This document shows positions 62,948 to 64,000 of a DNA stretch of 64,000 nucleotides, piece after piece; position 1 is the first letter of the stretch, and each line of letters begins with the position of its first letter. Both the position numbers and the translations under genes were made by a program. The stretch spans positions 1-64,000 of the forward strand of contig JBOEGF010000038.1 of assembly GCA_050633305.1 (NCBI GenBank). The letters run 5' to 3'. Source of the DNA: Nannocystales bacterium (GTDB lineage Bacteria > Myxococcota_A > Polyangia > Nannocystales > Nannocystaceae). Below the pieces are notes generated by a model. That model did not search any database and had not been told where the DNA came from. It saw nothing but the letters and a program-made list of their open reading frames with translations.

Positions 62948-64000
62948 ATGTATTTCGCCTCCGAAATCTCCTTCGACCCCTCCGCCGCCACTGAGCTTCG
63001 CCGCGTCAAGCCGTCCAAGGCGTTCGCGAAATTCTTCTACTACATGACCGCGGGGCTGGCGGGCGAGCAGAAGGAGATCGAGACCTTCACGGCGGTCAGC
63101 GTTCTCCAGCAGGTCAACATCGCGCTGCGAAGCGTCGGGGTCACCAACATCGTTCGCCTCGCGAGGGACGGCAAAGACTTCTACTTCGACCGAAAAGGCC
63201 GCCCCGACGATCTTGCCGATGCGATGAAGACGTTCGAGATGGCCGAGGCCTCTCAGTTTTCTGGGAAGCCCTTCGAGACGATCACGTTGGTGCTCGAATA
63301 CGAGGATGCCGCGCTCAAGTATCTGGTGCAGATCGAAATCACCCGCACCCACGCGCCGGGCGAGCACCCCGTGGTGCTGAAGATCAACGGAGCCTTGCGG
63401 ACCCCGGCGTCTGCTGTCGACGCCAACACGGCGAAGAAGCAGCTCGGCTCACTGTTCGCCAGCCAGGCCGCCCACAACACCTACGTTGCCGAGCGACGAA
63501 GTGCATTTGATGCATTCGTTCATCAGGTCAAGGGAGCCTTGGCGCGGCACATCGGTGTGGATGACATCGCGGAGACCTTCCACACCAAGCTGCTCCGGCC
63601 TTCGCGTCGGCGGAGCTCGGCCGACGACCAGATCGACTACGACAGCGATTGGGGCGGTCACTCCGATCCTCTTTTCGGGGGTTACCACGGGTTCGGCGAC
63701 GTGTTCTTCCACGCGTGGCTGTGGTCGGAGCTGATGCACGATCACGGGGTGCATGCCCAACAAGTGACCTTGGTCGACGAGTCGGGGCACGACGTGTTGC
63801 TGCTGGGGGAGCAGGGGATCGACCCCTCCTCGTCCTCCGCTCTCGATCCCGACAGCGCAATGGAGGTCCCCGCCGACCCGGATGCTGTGGTGTTCGACGG
63901 ACACGACTACTCGAGTGACATCTGCGAACCCACCACGAGCACGGGAGTTTTCGACTCCGGCAGCGACTCGGGCGGCTGGCTCGATGGGATGTTCGATGGC
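62948..64000 (+). CDS. Hypothetical protein, partial (runs off the window), with an acidic Gly/Ser/Asp C-terminal region
   Basis: 351 open codons from ATG 62948: MYFASEISFDPS...ETFTAVSVLQQ...NIVRLA.DG.DFYFD..G..DDL...GYHGFGDVFFHAWLWSELMH...SGSDSGGWLDGMFDG. Absent from the ORF track because it has no stop in the window. Confidence 0.85.
   Translation, partial: MYFASEISFDPSAATELRRVKPSKAFAKFFYYMTAGLAGEQKEIETFTAVSVLQQVNIALRSVGVTNIVRLARDGKDFYFDRKGRPDDLADAMKTFEMAEASQFSGKPFETITLVLEYEDAALKYLVQIEITRTHAPGEHPVVLKINGALRTPASAVDANTAKKQLGSLFASQAAHNTYVAERRSAFDAFVHQVKGALARHIGVDDIAETFHTKLLRPSRRRSSADDQIDYDSDWGGHSDPLFGGYHGFGDVFFHAWLWSELMHDHGVHAQQVTLVDESGHDVLLLGEQGIDPSSSSALDPDSAMEVPADPDAVVFDGHDYSSDICEPTTSTGVFDSGSDSGGWLDGMFDG

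Overview
GC-rich bacterial chromosomal window. It is most likely from a myxobacterium of the Nannocystaceae type; this is inferred from the many Cys-rich lipoproteins with S/T/G/D linkers, two MYXO-CTERM proteins, an STK-TPR kinase, an ECF sigma factor and an FHA-DUF4388 protein. About 55 genes can be supported; I found no rRNA, tRNA or CRISPR array. The most striking locus is a translationally coupled three-gene operon at 3889-9871. It encodes a lipoprotein fusing a cytochrome P460-like domain (cross-link Lys position retained) to five further c-type hemes, followed by a split, order-swapped VioB/RebD/StaD-like enzyme (ferritin-like domain gene first, VioB N-terminal body second), with no VioA-type amino-acid oxidase in the window. 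Elements missed by the ORF track include: a Cys-free rpmG (L33) paralog divergent from a COG0523 GTPase with tandem Zur-like boxes; a ~160-bp MITE; a DUF3102-like gene with a perfect AT-rich palindrome beside a doubly frameshifted hsdM remnant; an IS3-family remnant truncating a lipoprotein gene; a frameshifted lipoprotein; TetR and AraC operator candidates; and a long ORF running off the right end behind a GRDP-like gene. All family calls come from motifs read by eye; no database searches were run.
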